Positions 13,731-26,997 of a DNA stretch of 64,000 nucleotides are shown here, piece after piece. Both the position numbers and the translations under genes were made by a program. The stretch spans positions 39,680,001 through 39,744,000 of the forward strand of contig NC_042999.1 of assembly GCF_006345805.1 (NCBI RefSeq), in the 5' to 3' direction. The stretch's first letter is position 1. Every line of letters begins with the position of its first letter. The notes under the pieces were generated by a model. That model was not told where the DNA came from. It made no database searches and saw only the letters and a program-made list of their open reading frames with translations. Origin of the DNA: Octopus sinensis (taxonomy: Eukaryota).

Positions 13731-14319
13731 TAGTGCTTATACACACACCGTGCGTCTTGTGATTAACGTTTGATCATCACGTCTATACTGTTTGCCAGTA
13801 CAAGGTTTATTGGCTTCTTATCTGTTTCTGGTATGATGTCAGACTGTTTGCTTGTACATGAAATGCAAATCTATAAATTCAACATAGAGAAAATGAAACG
13901 AATTTTTTTTTTTAATTTGCCCTTCAACATCACTGCAAGGATTTCCTAATAGTGACGTCACATATAAATAATACAAAATATTAACAGAGCCACAATGAGA
14001 TTCCTGTAATGCTCTTAATTTTACGGTAAGAGTATTTACTTCTAGTGAATAATCACTGAAGAAAAACGAAACAAATCTACAAATCAATGCAAAGAAAGAA
14101 TTCGTGGCATTACTATACATAACATATCTGAACAGTATATCCAAATACACTTTAACTATCAGCAATTTTGATTTAATATATTTTCCTATATGTTTAAAAA
14201 TCGCTACAAACGTATCAATGCTTTGCTAGTGGACGCTAATATTTAGAAATTAAATTATATATTTGCACCTAACAATATACATGACAACACACGAAACACT
14301 ATTAGTTTCAAATTTTGTC

Positions 14320-14490
14320 ATAAGGGCAGCAGTTTCATCGACCCCAGTTCAAAATTGGTTCTTATTTTATTAGCTCTGAAAGGGAAAAGGAAAAAAATCG
14401 ACCTCGCAAGAATTTTGAACACAGAACGGAGCAAATTCCGATGAGCATATTGCCCGTCGTACTTACGATTTTGCCAGTTCGCCGCTTTAA
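14320..14490 (-). mobile_element. SINE family 3, degenerate
   Basis: Similarity to 34074-34258. Confidence 0.6.
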
Positions 14491-14918
14491 TACAGAAGAC
14501 AATATTCAGCAAAATTAGGATTTTTACTGGGGACTACAAATCGTTTAAACTTTTGGGAATGACACAACGTGACGATAATCAGAGACATGTACGTTAAAAT
14601 ACTTGTCATATTGTGTTTGAATACTCAGAACAGGAAAAGTTTAATTAATTACTCGAAATGGTAGCATTATTATGGTTGCACTAATATTCCAGTTTTAATG
14701 TGGCTTACATCTTCTCTTGCCGTATTTTATATATATTAATTTACAAACTAATTTCTCTGATTTCAATTATAGACTCTTATTCGTCATCATTACATTCGCA
14801 TCACATAGTTTAAAAATCTAACTTCTCAAGTTACTATGTAAATTCTTTCCCATTCCCTTAATTCCCTCAAGCTTGTCTTCGTTATCCTATAACATTTGCA
14901 TGGTTTCGTAACTAATTA

Positions 14919-14985
<67 letters not shown>

Positions 14986-15067
14986 ATGTATATATATATA
15001 CATACATACATATATATACATATACATATATATACATATATATACATGTATATACACACACACGCAC

Positions 15068-15102
<35 letters not shown>

Positions 15103-15444
15103 AAGTGTGTGTGTGTGTGTATTACTATGTTATTAATTTACGAATGAATTTTATACTATAGAAATACATGAGTGCTAGTGTTTTTGCTACTTTTATAAAT
15201 TTATCTAAGTAATTATTGAATTAATTCTGTTACTAACCGTTCAACTAATTCAGTAAAATATGATTTAATGGAAATTCTTATTTTGTTCTTGTAATATTTT
15301 TCTTGATATATATACTCATAGATTTAATGTATCAGTAGCTTGCGACTGAATAATCTATATAGTCACCATAATGTACTCGTTTGCACCATCACATACATAG
15401 TTTCGTAACACTATATTCTGGTAAGGATCCTTTTATATCCACAA

Positions 15445-15830
15445 CTAGCAGTATCGCCCGGCGTTGCTCGGGTTTGTAAGGGAAATAACTATAAAGCATT
15501 TTTTAGAGAGTTATAGCCAAAAAATAGCAAAAAAATGGAAAGAAAATGATGGTAAATTTTTTTTTGAGAGTTAAAAAGGTCAAGTTGCGTCCCCTAGAGA
15601 GTCTGTGGTTTGTGTTTCTGATTCTCGACCCCATGTCGAATTTATCGATTTTTTTCAGAACTGGGGGAACTTTTCAAACGTTTCGCTGCGTTAGTTTTGA
15701 ATTATGACATTGGGCTATGTGTGTGTCAAGTTTGATCAGAATCGGTCGAAAGCCGTGGTCAGGGTGAGGGTACAACCTAACAGACACACAGACACGTAGA
15801 CAGACAAACTGCCGTTTATATATAGAGAGA
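15445..15830 (-). mobile_element. Non-autonomous Helitron sharing both termini with the 53001-59073 element
   Basis: CTAG at 15445 plus hairpin CCCGGCGTTGCTCGGG. The other end (about 255 bp, ...CAGACAAACTGCCGTTTATATATAGAGAGA|T) closely matches the 58826-59073 end. A/T insertion site. Confidence 0.92.
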
Positions 15831-16122
15831 TATTATATATCCGTTACGCTAACTGCAATTACCTGTCCACCGTTCTTCCAAAATTTACTAAAATCTTCAA
15901 AATATATTCTATAAGTATATTTAGATTAATATTATCAGATTGGCATTAATTATTTCAAGAATTAAAACTACCTCAATTTGAAACCAAAAACAAGATCTCA
16001 TTAGATTTACATTTTACTTTTATTTAAAAGTTCTTTTAGTAAATTCTTTTCAAAAAGTAGAGATTATCCTTACTGTGATACATCTACCCACAAAAACACC
16101 AACAAAACAACGCACAGATAAA

Positions 16123-16156
<34 letters not shown>

Positions 16157-16220
16157 AATACATACAAGCAATACGCACATATGTACATGTATGTCTATAC
16201 ATTCAAATATATATATATAT

Positions 16221-16299
<79 letters not shown>

Positions 16300-16393
16300 C
16301 CCTGTATGCATGGGTGTTGAGAAGTACTACAACACATAAGTGGCGGTTTCAAATATCTTCCAGAAATTGCAAAAGATCTTGAAAACTTCCATA

Positions 16394-16780
16394 GGCACAG
16401 GCATGGCTGTGTGGTAAGTAACTTGCTTACCAGCCACAAGGTTCCGGGTTCAGTCCAATGCGTGGTATCTTAGGCAAGTGTCTTCTACTATAGCCTCGCG
16501 CCGACCAAAGGCATGTGACCGCATTTGTTAGAGGGGAAAGTGAAAGAAGGCCATAGTATATATATATATATATATATAGTTCCTTCTCGAGCCACGCCTG
16601 GCTCATTGGGCCGGTTTCTCGGTTTCCTTGGCATATAGGATCTCCACCCGGACGGGACTCTGGTCCGTCGCAGGTGAGCTGTAGCGAAAGAATCAGCACG
16701 TTTGCGATTACCTTCTGCCGGATTCACGTGGAGCTTAGGTGTTTCGCTCATAAATACGCCTCCACACATACACACACACA

Positions 16781-16830
<50 letters not shown>

Positions 16831-17045
16831 AGTGTGTGTGTGTATATTTGTGTATATGTTTGTATGTATGTTTGACTCCCACCATCTTTTGACAAAGGAT
16901 GCTGGTGTGTTTACGTCACCGTAACATAGCGGTTCGACAAAATACACCGATATGATACATAATACGCTTACAAAGAACAAGTCCTGGGGTCGATTTGTTC
17001 GACCAAAGGAGGTGCTCCGCAGTCAAATGACTAAAACAGATGAAT
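16394..17045 (+). mobile_element. tRNA-derived SINE (family 1) with an internal (AT)n/(GT)n linker and a nested insertion
   Basis: Head TGGCTGTGTGGTAAG...GGTTCCGGGTTCAGTCC. The body is shared with 22541-22934 and 52505-52978. Confidence 0.8.
16579..16763 (-). mobile_element. Nested family-2-related SINE with the tRNA region deleted
   Basis: The reverse complement starts GGAGGCG then TTTATGAGCGAAACACCTAAGCTCCACGTG, matching the 9414 copy. Confidence 0.65.
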
Positions 17046-17115
17046 ATGCATATATGCATATATATATATATATATATGTCAAACAGACATACAAATATAT
17101 ACACAAATATATATA

Positions 17116-17160
<45 letters not shown>

Positions 17161-17220
17161 TATATATATAGAAAGAAGTATTATACATCAATACAAGTAT
17201 TCATACAAACATATGCATAT

Positions 17221-17274
<54 letters not shown>

Positions 17275-17958
17275 TATGTATCTATATGTATATATACATA
17301 CATATATATATAATTAGTAGTTAGTTCTGTGTTGATTCTCTGACGTGCAAAATTGCTTCCGTTTAATTTTGAAAAGAGTAGATTTTAAGAAAATATGTCG
17401 TGGAATTGTTCTGCAAAGATTTTCATTAGTTATTACCTTCAAATTTCCATAACTACCAGCTTCCAAAAAGTAGATTTATAAATATTAGATTAAAAATAAA
17501 ATTGAAATAAAACTGAATATGACTTAGAAAAATAGAATACACAGGGCATTAAAACCATAAACCGGTGAAGAGCATAAAATGTAATAAGAAAACTAAAACC
17601 AAACACATAATTCCTGTTTAAACAAATTGAGAAGCGTTTGATAGAATGATTTTGAAAGTAAACCTGACATTTATCTGCATCCAAAAATTTACACACATGC
17701 ACATACATAGAAATGGATATATGCCTGTGTGTGTGTTATGAATATACATACATATATGTATGAACGTGTATGTGTGTGTTTGTATGTGTTTGCTTGTGTA
17801 TGTATGCATATATAATCACATGCGGAATTATTCTTACAAGCTAACATACATTTGAAACATTTGCGGTGATATTCCAAACTAATACCAGTGTATTATTATT
17901 GGAACGTTGAAATAGGAGAGCAAAATGCTTAGCGTCATTCCGTCCTTCCTTACATTCT

Positions 17959-18603
17959 GTGTTCACATTTCCACATACAACCACATGCAACCCTAGAAAC
18001 AAAGAAGCCTTCATCATCATCACCCAGAATTTACCAATACTTCATAAGGACACCAAATTAAAGGAAATTCTAAACATGCATAAACTCATTAAAAGCTACA
18101 AACAACCTAAATCACTTAAAAAGGTTCCCATAAAGGCAAAATTGTTTTCTGAAATTACGGATGCAAAAGTAAAAAAATGTGGTAGACCAAACTGCGCAAC
18201 ATACCCAAACCGTCTAGAAGGATCAGAATTCCTTTTCAAAGAGGGACAAAAATTCAAAATCAGATCTAATTTTACTTGTGCTTCTGAAAACATAATTTAT
18301 GTCATAAGTTGTTCGGACTGCTACCAAAACTACGTGGGGTCCACGGGATTATCGCTCAGACGTAGATGCACTCTGCATCGACAACAGATTGCATTCCCAG
18401 AATACAGAATGATACCATTTAGTGAGCATATTGAGAAATGCGCAAAGCAACTACTACCACAATATTTAATATTTCCATCCTATCAATGTGCTATTGGAAC
18501 ACCAACACAAATTAGATTAAACAAGGAAACATTCTTCATTGAAAAATATAAGCCAGAACTTAACCATTCTAACATTCTCATACAGAGAAACCCATCCCAT
18601 TAA
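17959..18603 (+). CDS. Penelope-like element C-terminal fragment: Cys-rich linker + GIY-YIG endonuclease (5'-truncated)
   Basis: KCGRPNCAT, FTCASENIIYVISCSDCYQNYVGST, RRRCTLH, SEHI and RLNKETFFIEKYKPELN. Confidence 0.85.
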   Translation: MFTFPHTTTCNPRNKEAFIIITQNLPILHKDTKLKEILNMHKLIKSYKQPKSLKKVPIKAKLFSEITDAKVKKCGRPNCATYPNRLEGSEFLFKEGQKFKIRSNFTCASENIIYVISCSDCYQNYVGSTGLSLRRRCTLHRQQIAFPEYRMIPFSEHIEKCAKQLLPQYLIFPSYQCAIGTPTQIRLNKETFFIEKYKPELNHSNILIQRNPSH

Positions 18604-18729
18604 ATAAGGGAAAATAAATATAAAGCGATTATCTCCCTTATACCGGAAGAAATCGCTTATTACCTCCCCCTGCCTGGAACTCTTCTTTGCACTGCATAAC
18701 GAAAACATGACACGATGTAGGTAAGGACA

Positions 18730-18775
18730 TTTGAGAAATTTGAAAAGTTAACACGAAACCGGTAATTTCTTCAAA
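18730..18775 (+). ncRNA. Degenerate minimal hammerhead motif in the 3' region of the Penelope-like fragment
   Basis: Stem I TTTGAGAAAT/ATTTCT(T)CAAA, core TTGAAAA (2 transitions from CTGANGA), stem II GT-TAAC-AC, GAAACCGGTA. Confidence 0.45.
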
Positions 18776-19542
18776 AACTATGTTATTATATGAAAAATTT
18801 TTATAACATTCTTCTAACATAACGACTTAAATATATTCTTTAACCTTATAAAACAAGCCTTGTGTAGTTTTTTCACTCTTTTCTATTTTCTATATATCCA
18901 ACCACGTGCTTTCACACACCAACTTTCTCACCTATATATATATATATATATATATAGACATATGCATAAGTATGTATATGTGTGTGTGTGTATGTATACT
19001 CTACTTATTTGTTTGTTTTAGCTATGCGGCGGGAATCAGCACCACTGTGGTCTTTCTGATTTAGTCACTTTGGGCCGTTTCACGTCACCAATCCCGTATG
19101 TGCTTTTGCCTCAGTTGTTGGCATATTTATTGCAAAAGGGAGTTTGATTCTGATTCTGCTTACCTTGTCTGCACCTCATATCTGGCTATTGTCGTTTCCG
19201 ATATTGTGAAGAGAATGATGTCTAGTTTCTTTCTTAATTTTTGTGACAGAGTATTGGAGAATATTTACGAAAATATGTTTTGTATGCATGTATGTATGAA
19301 TGAATGTATGTATGCATATATGTATGTATATATGTATGTTTGTGTATATATACGTTTATATAGCAAGTGTGGAATAAATTGTACCAATATAATTTGTAGG
19401 AACGTGCAACATATAGACGTGTATTGGCTAATGCTAGAGCTGGGATGAACCTTTACCTGTAATCCCAATTTTAACATCATTCCTGATCCCTCTCTCCACA
19501 CTGTCTCCCCACCTCTCGCTGTTTGTATGTTTGTATGTTTTC

Positions 19543-19619
<77 letters not shown>

Positions 19620-19636
19620 CTATCTATCTATCTATC

Positions 19637-19728
<92 letters not shown>
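19543..19728. repeat. (ATCT)n / GATA tetranucleotide array
   Basis: Read directly. Confidence 0.95.
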
Positions 19729-19761
19729 GTATGCGTGTATACATATGTACATACATACATA

Positions 19762-19807
<46 letters not shown>

Positions 19808-19993
19808 GGGAGAATTCACCCCCAACCCCCCAAAAACGAATACATGTGCTATAGACAACAAACAGATGTATTCGTATAACGCTCGGGAAGTGAAAAAGTC
19901 CTTAACATTTGGAGTCTACGCTCTTCCACAGAACGGGACACAGAAAGAAACAAGGGGAGAAAATAAAGAATGTGTAGTGGCTAGCGATTTAAC

Positions 19994-20036
<43 letters not shown>

Positions 20037-20037
<1 letters not shown>

Positions 20038-21326
20038 GAGGGGCGTCCAATAAGTAATGCCCCTGACCCACTTCCCATAGCAGTAGAGCAACGAAACTTG
20101 GCACAGTTATTAGTCTTTTTCTACATAGGAACCACCCAGAGATACGCATTTCTCCCATCGTTTGATGCGGCTCTGGCGACCGTTTTTGTAGAAGAACCCA
20201 GCTTGGTCCTCCAACCTCAACGTGACTTCAGAAATCAAGGCTGCATCATCTGGGAAACGCTTTCCTTTCAAAAACAGCTTCATGATTGGGAAGAGGTGAA
20301 AATCAGAGGGTGCAAGGTCAGGAAAGTAGGGGGGATGGGCAGGAGTTCATAGTCATACGCCTGTGCTTCTGATCTGGCGATAAGCGAGTTGTGGACCGGA
20401 GCGTTGTCCTGCAGGAGGAGGATGCCTTTGCTGATCTTGCCCCGGCTCTTGATTTTCATAACTTCTCTTAATTTCCTCAAAAGGAAGCATAATAGGCTCC
20501 TGCAATTGTGGTACCCTTTGCCAGGAAATTTGTCATCACTACTCCGTCCTGGTCCCAGAAGACTGTGAGCATGACCTTGCCAGCGGAGGGCTGCACCCTT
20601 GCCTACTTTGGAGGAGGGGAGTCACGGTGCTTCCACTGCATTTTGACTGGACTTTGGTCTCTGGATCATCGTGATGGACCCAGGTTTCATCCTGTGTAAT
20701 CAGTCTTTTGAAAAAGTTTGACTCATCTTCTTGGCACATCTCCAAATTTACCCTCGAGCACTCGACGCGTTCTTGCTTCTGGAAAGGCGTGAGCAACCTG
20801 GGAATCCGTCTGGGAGACACCTTTTGCATATGCAAATGGTCATGAATGATAGTTTCCACAGATCCGGTACTAATCTTGACCTCATGGACTATTTGGCGAA
20901 TAATTATGCGTCGATCTTCCAAAATGGCAGCCTCAACTTGACGGACAGATGCCTCATCAATGGCAGAAGGGGGCGACCAGATCTGGGAGCTGTTTCCACA
21001 GAGTTCCGACCATGTTTGAATTCACGATGCCAGCGTTTTACAAGGACATATGATGGGGCATCATCACCATAAGTTACTTTCATTTCATCAAAAGTCTCCC
21101 GTGGTGTGCGTCCTTTCAAATACAAAAACCTGATCACTGCTCGACACTCTACAGGCTCCATTTCACACTTGACTCGGTTCAAACACCTGTAAATCAGAAA
21201 CCACAATTAATTCAGAGCTGTAATTTGCCACTTACTCTATAGAGATATAAATGATTGCACATGATTGCACAGCTAGATCAAACAACTGCAAGTGGTTCAG
21301 AGGCATTACTTATTGAACGTCCCTCG
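20037..21326 (-). mobile_element. Full-length (~1.29 kb) mariner DNA transposon, DD34D, irritans-like, with a frameshifted transposase
   Basis: TIRs CGAGGGGCGTCCAATAAGTAATGCC / (rc) CGAGGGACGTTCAATAAGTAATGCC with TA duplications. Minus-strand peptides RSGRP, TQDETWVHH, LLQDNAPVH and (SP)DLAPSDFHLF. Confidence 0.93.
20110..21161 (-). pseudogene. Mariner transposase, several frameshifts
   Basis: ORF pieces 20904-21206, 20539-20922 and 20280-20480 are consecutive parts of one transposase starting MEPVECRAVIRFL. Confidence 0.9.
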
Positions 21327-21558
21327 TATATATATACAATGTGTGTAAGTGTGCGTCTGTGGGTGTGCACTCGTGAATGAATATTTCAATATAACCTAAT
21401 AGTTTAGATTGTGGCAGTGTGCATTTCAAAATCCCTGATAGTGATGGTAATATTAAGTCAGAATACACGACGAAATAAGTTTTGCTTTTGCATTACCTTC
21501 ACATTAGTTGGAAATTTATAGCATATGCAACGCTGAATGTGTGTGTGTGTGTGTGTGT

Positions 21559-21596
<38 letters not shown>

Positions 21597-22427
21597 GATG
21601 GACTGTGCGTGCAATTTTGCTTACGTGAGCGTACTTTATTGAAACGGTTTGCACGTGTGACTTCGCTGAAGTCGAATAAAGGCAAGAATGAAAGGACAAG
21701 TATGGGTTTTTATATACCAAAAATTCTTCATCAATATTGATTTTGAAAAAGAAAGGATGAAAGAGAAGTAAGAGATGAGATTCTGTGGCTCACTAGGTGG
21801 TCAGTCGTGTTTCTCGATATATCAAACTATTTCTGCACAAATCCTGTCATACTTTGTTGAAAAAAATATCAAGTGTCTAGTCATTTTAGATTCTTATTGT
21901 CTGCAAAACTATAGGAACATTAAAAGAATAATCATATTACCAATGTAACACTGAAAAATGTCATGTGTACTATAAACGCCTGTCAATCGAATTTATCTGT
22001 TTACATGGTTTCTATCTTTTGAAAATTATTTTAGTTGATTTGATTTTTGTTGTTTTCCAAAATGTTTTTATCCCAAATTTGTTACGTCTCGTTTTCTGGT
22101 TCGTGTTCAATTTGATTTAAAATTCCAGTTTTAATCTAATATTTATGAATCTACTTTAAGCAAAATGTGGTTTAGCAAAAAAAAAATACAGGAAATAATG
22201 GAAAGCAATGAAAACTATCACTGAAACACGACAAGTCCATTGAAATCATAGTGATTTGTTCCTTTAAAATATTGGATGCGTCAAATATTTTTGACACAAA
22301 ATTGACTACAATATTTAAGACACCAAAAAGCAATATTGCAGATGCTGTATAATTTTGAAAGGGTAATTTCACAATTTCGCTGATCTAATGCTCATACATA
22401 TATACTTACATATATATATATATATAT

Positions 22428-22506
<79 letters not shown>

Positions 22507-22540
22507 TTACATACAAACACGCATATATGTATGTGCGTGT

Positions 22541-22677
22541 GGAGGCGCAGGCATGGCTCTGTGGTACGACGCTTGCTTTTAAACCACATGGTTCCGGTTT
22601 CATTCCCAATGCGTGGCAACTTGGGCCGACGACATCCTTGTGAGTGGATTTGGCAGACGGAAACCGAAAGAAGCACG

Positions 22678-22732
<55 letters not shown>

Positions 22733-22934
22733 GTTTGTTTGTGTCGTTGTTTGTCTTCCACCATCGCTTGATAATCAATGTTGGTGTGTTAACGCACCCA
22801 TAACTAAATATTAATAGAATAAGTACTAGGCTTAAACAGAATAAGATCTGGGATCAATTTTGTAGACTGAAATTCCATAAGCTGGTGTTCCATCATCCCC
22901 TCAGTCAAATGACTGAAGAAAGTAAAAGTAGAAG
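22541..22934 (+). mobile_element. tRNA-derived SINE (family 1)
   Basis: Same head and body as the 16394 copy, with an internal deletion. Confidence 0.8.
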
Positions 22935-22969
<35 letters not shown>

Positions 22970-24597
22970 ATGTGTGTGTGTGTGTGAGTATGTATGTACT
23001 ATATAACGTACTTGGTATTTCCCGGGAAAGCGAGGCTTATCCCTTGGTTCCGTTCTCATAACTTTTTCGCTAATCCAATAACAATAATACAAAGTATGTA
23101 GTCCTTAAAACGGTTCTTGTGCGTTTACAGGGAATATCGAACTTTTATGAATACCAAAATTGTGAAGTTAGTTATATGACATGAAATTAGTAACCCGATA
23201 GTAAGAATTCGAACAAAGTATTCCCGAAAAGGGTTTTAATACGTTTCTAAAGTATATACAACATGGGAGGAAATATTAATAAGGTATGTATACTAAAATC
23301 GTGAGGCATGTTACGTAATAACAGGCAAATCAATTATGAGATAATACCAATTCAAAGTCAATAACTCTGAAAATGCCTTTGTGCTTTCCTAGAGAATATT
23401 ACCATCAGCGGCGCTAGTGTTGGTATATTCGTGAATTAATCACTAAGCGAAATAAGTGGATCAATTTTTAGGAAAATGCTATTTTCTTGTTTAATGGTTG
23501 TACTGGATAAATTGCCAAAATACCTCTAACAGTTCAAATACTATAAAATAAGCATACTCAATTTGATTTATACCAAACAATTTAGGAAAATGAATAGGTT
23601 ATTTCACTTGGGTATATATACGGATCCCTTCCAGGGGCAAATGGGTTATTTCCCTTCGTTCTTAAAAGAATATATATATATATATTCGGAACCTTTCTAG
23701 TGGCCCTATTATCGAGATATTTCAACAATCTGAGTATGCCATGTGGTTTACAACATGAGTACTACTCACGTGTTAAGTGTCATCAAAATCGATCGAACGA
23801 TGTAGGAAGAGTTAGCTAACAACTCCATAAACACGGACAGACAGAATTTGCCACATATGTAGCAAATATATGTACAAGCACACTCAGTCACCTACGCACG
23901 AACACTTACACGCATACACTCACACACACATTTCGATAAAGAGTGTGTGAAAGAAAAAGTAGTTTAATAGACGTTTTATTTGAAGGCTTAGTAATAGAAT
24001 CACATGGAACCAAAACTTAAAATCTAAGTGTCACAAAATAAATTTCAGTAAGTAGGAATTTTAAGAAAAGCACTCCCTTGCATGTGTCTTTCTTAACAGG
24101 GTATTGTCCCTTCGAATAAAAACTACATAATATGATGTTGGCATGCGATGTACAAATTCGTGTGGTAGTGACAAATATATACTGTAGCCTCTTACATTTG
24201 CTGGATGAGAAATGTTCTTGTGCATGCACAACATGGTATTTCCGAGCTAATAGGAAAAGTGGATAGCTATTAAAAACGATATACCCAGGGTTGCAAAGGA
24301 ATGTTTTATCAAATGATGTTATACATCTACATAAAGTGAAATATTAGGAAATGCAAGAGGACAAACTATCGCAAATTGTTTGTATATGTAAGTTTATGCA
24401 CACACACACACGCACACACATATAATATAGAAACATAATGTGGACATAAAAAGTATCTTAAGGTGTGAGTGAATGTCTATATCTAATGAAATATGGCGAA
24501 GCTCGATCGACAATATGATTTCATTATACTTTAAAGTTATTTTATTTACATTAAATGATACTTATATAAAATCGGCTTAGAAAACAATGCTTCTTGT

Positions 24598-24696
<99 letters not shown>

Positions 24697-25473
24697 TATA
24701 TATATATATTTCTGTGATTCTTGAATATTTCATTAACTATCTGAACCACTACAATATAAGGCTGTCATTTTTGCTTCTCATTCGGACTCCCTGATATTTT
24801 CGCATGATTGTACCTTAAATCCCTCCACAAAACTGTATTACGAACTATAAGGACATACACACATTTTGTAAGTTCAAGACTTTTTCATCAGATCTCCAAA
24901 AAAATCGAACTTATCTGCGATTCTTGTTAATTTCAATAACAATCTATTATTCTTCTACACGACATGACAGTCACTATGTTTTTACTCAGACTTTCCTCTA
25001 CATGATGTGGCAGTCACTTTGCCTCTTACTCGGATTTTCAGAAATTTTGCATGACTGTATCCGAAAATTTCTTCATACAACTTGATCAAATATCCAATAT
25101 GAGCTATATGTAGACATGCATAAATTCTATAGGTTTAAAACCTTTCATCAGATCTCCATGAATCGAACTGTCTTCAATGCAGTTAATCCTACCTCTTTTA
25201 TATCTACCCCTTTTGATGTTTGGGAATTCTCTGATATTTTTTCGGCTGACGAGTACGAGCCATCTGTATTCACTGCATTTTTTGTAGCTTATTAAAGATG
25301 TCCTCGTACGAAACGATCGTACCGAGATTTTAATCCATCCTTGTTGCTTTTTTCCTATTTATAATCACCCCACTTGTCGTATGGCTAACACCATATAGAT
25401 ATCCGGTGCATCCTGGTTAAGGACCATGTTCATGTGAATTCTTTAGAATTCACTAGAATCTGATTACTTAACC

Positions 25474-25518
<45 letters not shown>

Positions 25519-25681
25519 CATATATATATAATATATATATACATACATATATATATGTATATATATGTATATGCATATGCATATATATATATATGTATGT
25601 AGATATGTAATATATATATATATATACATACATACATATATATATATATATTTATAAGTATATATATGTATATACATATGC

Positions 25682-25741
<60 letters not shown>

Positions 25742-26845
25742 ATGCATGTATATATATATACGTGTGTGTGCGAGGGAGAGAAAGAGAGGAGGAATGTGTG
25801 TGCATGGCTCCGTATTTGGCATGCAACATCGTTTAATAACAATTGTTCGGTTGTTTACGTCCCAACTTATTAGTTCTGCAAAAGTGACCGATATGAACCA
25901 GGCTTAAAATAAATGTACAGTCATATATCCATTCAACTAAAACCTGCAAGCCACAGATAAATGATTAATAGAGTAAAGTATCTTGTTATATTTTGGTAAC
26001 TAAATCACTGTTTTAATTCACTTGTTTTCGAATGTCTTTACTTATCAAGCAAATAGAATGCCTAAGTCTCAGCGAATACGTATTAATATTTTAATACAGT
26101 ATGAATAACGGTTACTTAGTTGTTAAATTGTCACAAAATGATGTCTAGACAGAAAAAATAGGAGATAATATTTTTGTGAGACAGTATCTTTTCGAAAGTT
26201 TTCATTGTTCTTTAGTTTTCAAAACCTATTTCTCTAGCAGTCTCGCATGAATTTCAACAGCTCTACAATCATCTCAGAACAACAAATGTTCAGTTTTATA
26301 ACCGTAGTAAATATTTTAGTGCATTATTTGATTTTACCAGTACGCAAAGTGTCAAAATAAACCATTGGAAATATATATTACGTTATACCATTTACGTTTG
26401 TATTTTTTTGTCAGATAATTTCATTCGTTTCTTTATAATGATATTTGCAAAAATAGCTTTACATTTTAGAGTTGTATTTATTATCTGCGAGTATTGCATG
26501 TGGATTTGAAATTTGAATACATTTTCCTCTTCACAGGCATAAGGGGATTGGATGCCAGGTAGAAAAATTTCGACAACTTCTTTTCTGCATTTTGCTTCGA
26601 GATTCCAAAACTGTTGAGACCGCTTCAGGGCATTTGTCCAGTGTACAGAAAAGACCCAATTCCTTAAGATATATGTCTTTGTTCTTTCAAGCTCCGCCAT
26701 ATGGAAAGAAAATTCGAACTCATAAAGTTTAGTTTCAATGATGATCGGCTGAACGGCATCAGTCACGAGGATTCACACAGGTAAACTACCAGGATCCAGC
26801 TAACAAATACCAGGGGTACACACATTAAACCATCATACGGCAGCA

Positions 26846-26908
<63 letters not shown>

Positions 26909-26916
26909 ATATATAA

Positions 26917-26949
<33 letters not shown>

Positions 26950-26964
26950 CAATATATACATACA

Positions 26965-26997
<33 letters not shown>

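Noticed and set aside
13839-14165. 108-aa hydrophobic minus-strand ORF
   Set aside because: AT-rich composition explains it, and there are no family motifs.
26392-26766. 124-aa minus-strand ORF
   Set aside because: No convincing domain. It adjoins sequence similar to the 6481-6500 repeat end, and another frame weakly resembles a Penelope C-terminus; too weak to call either way.
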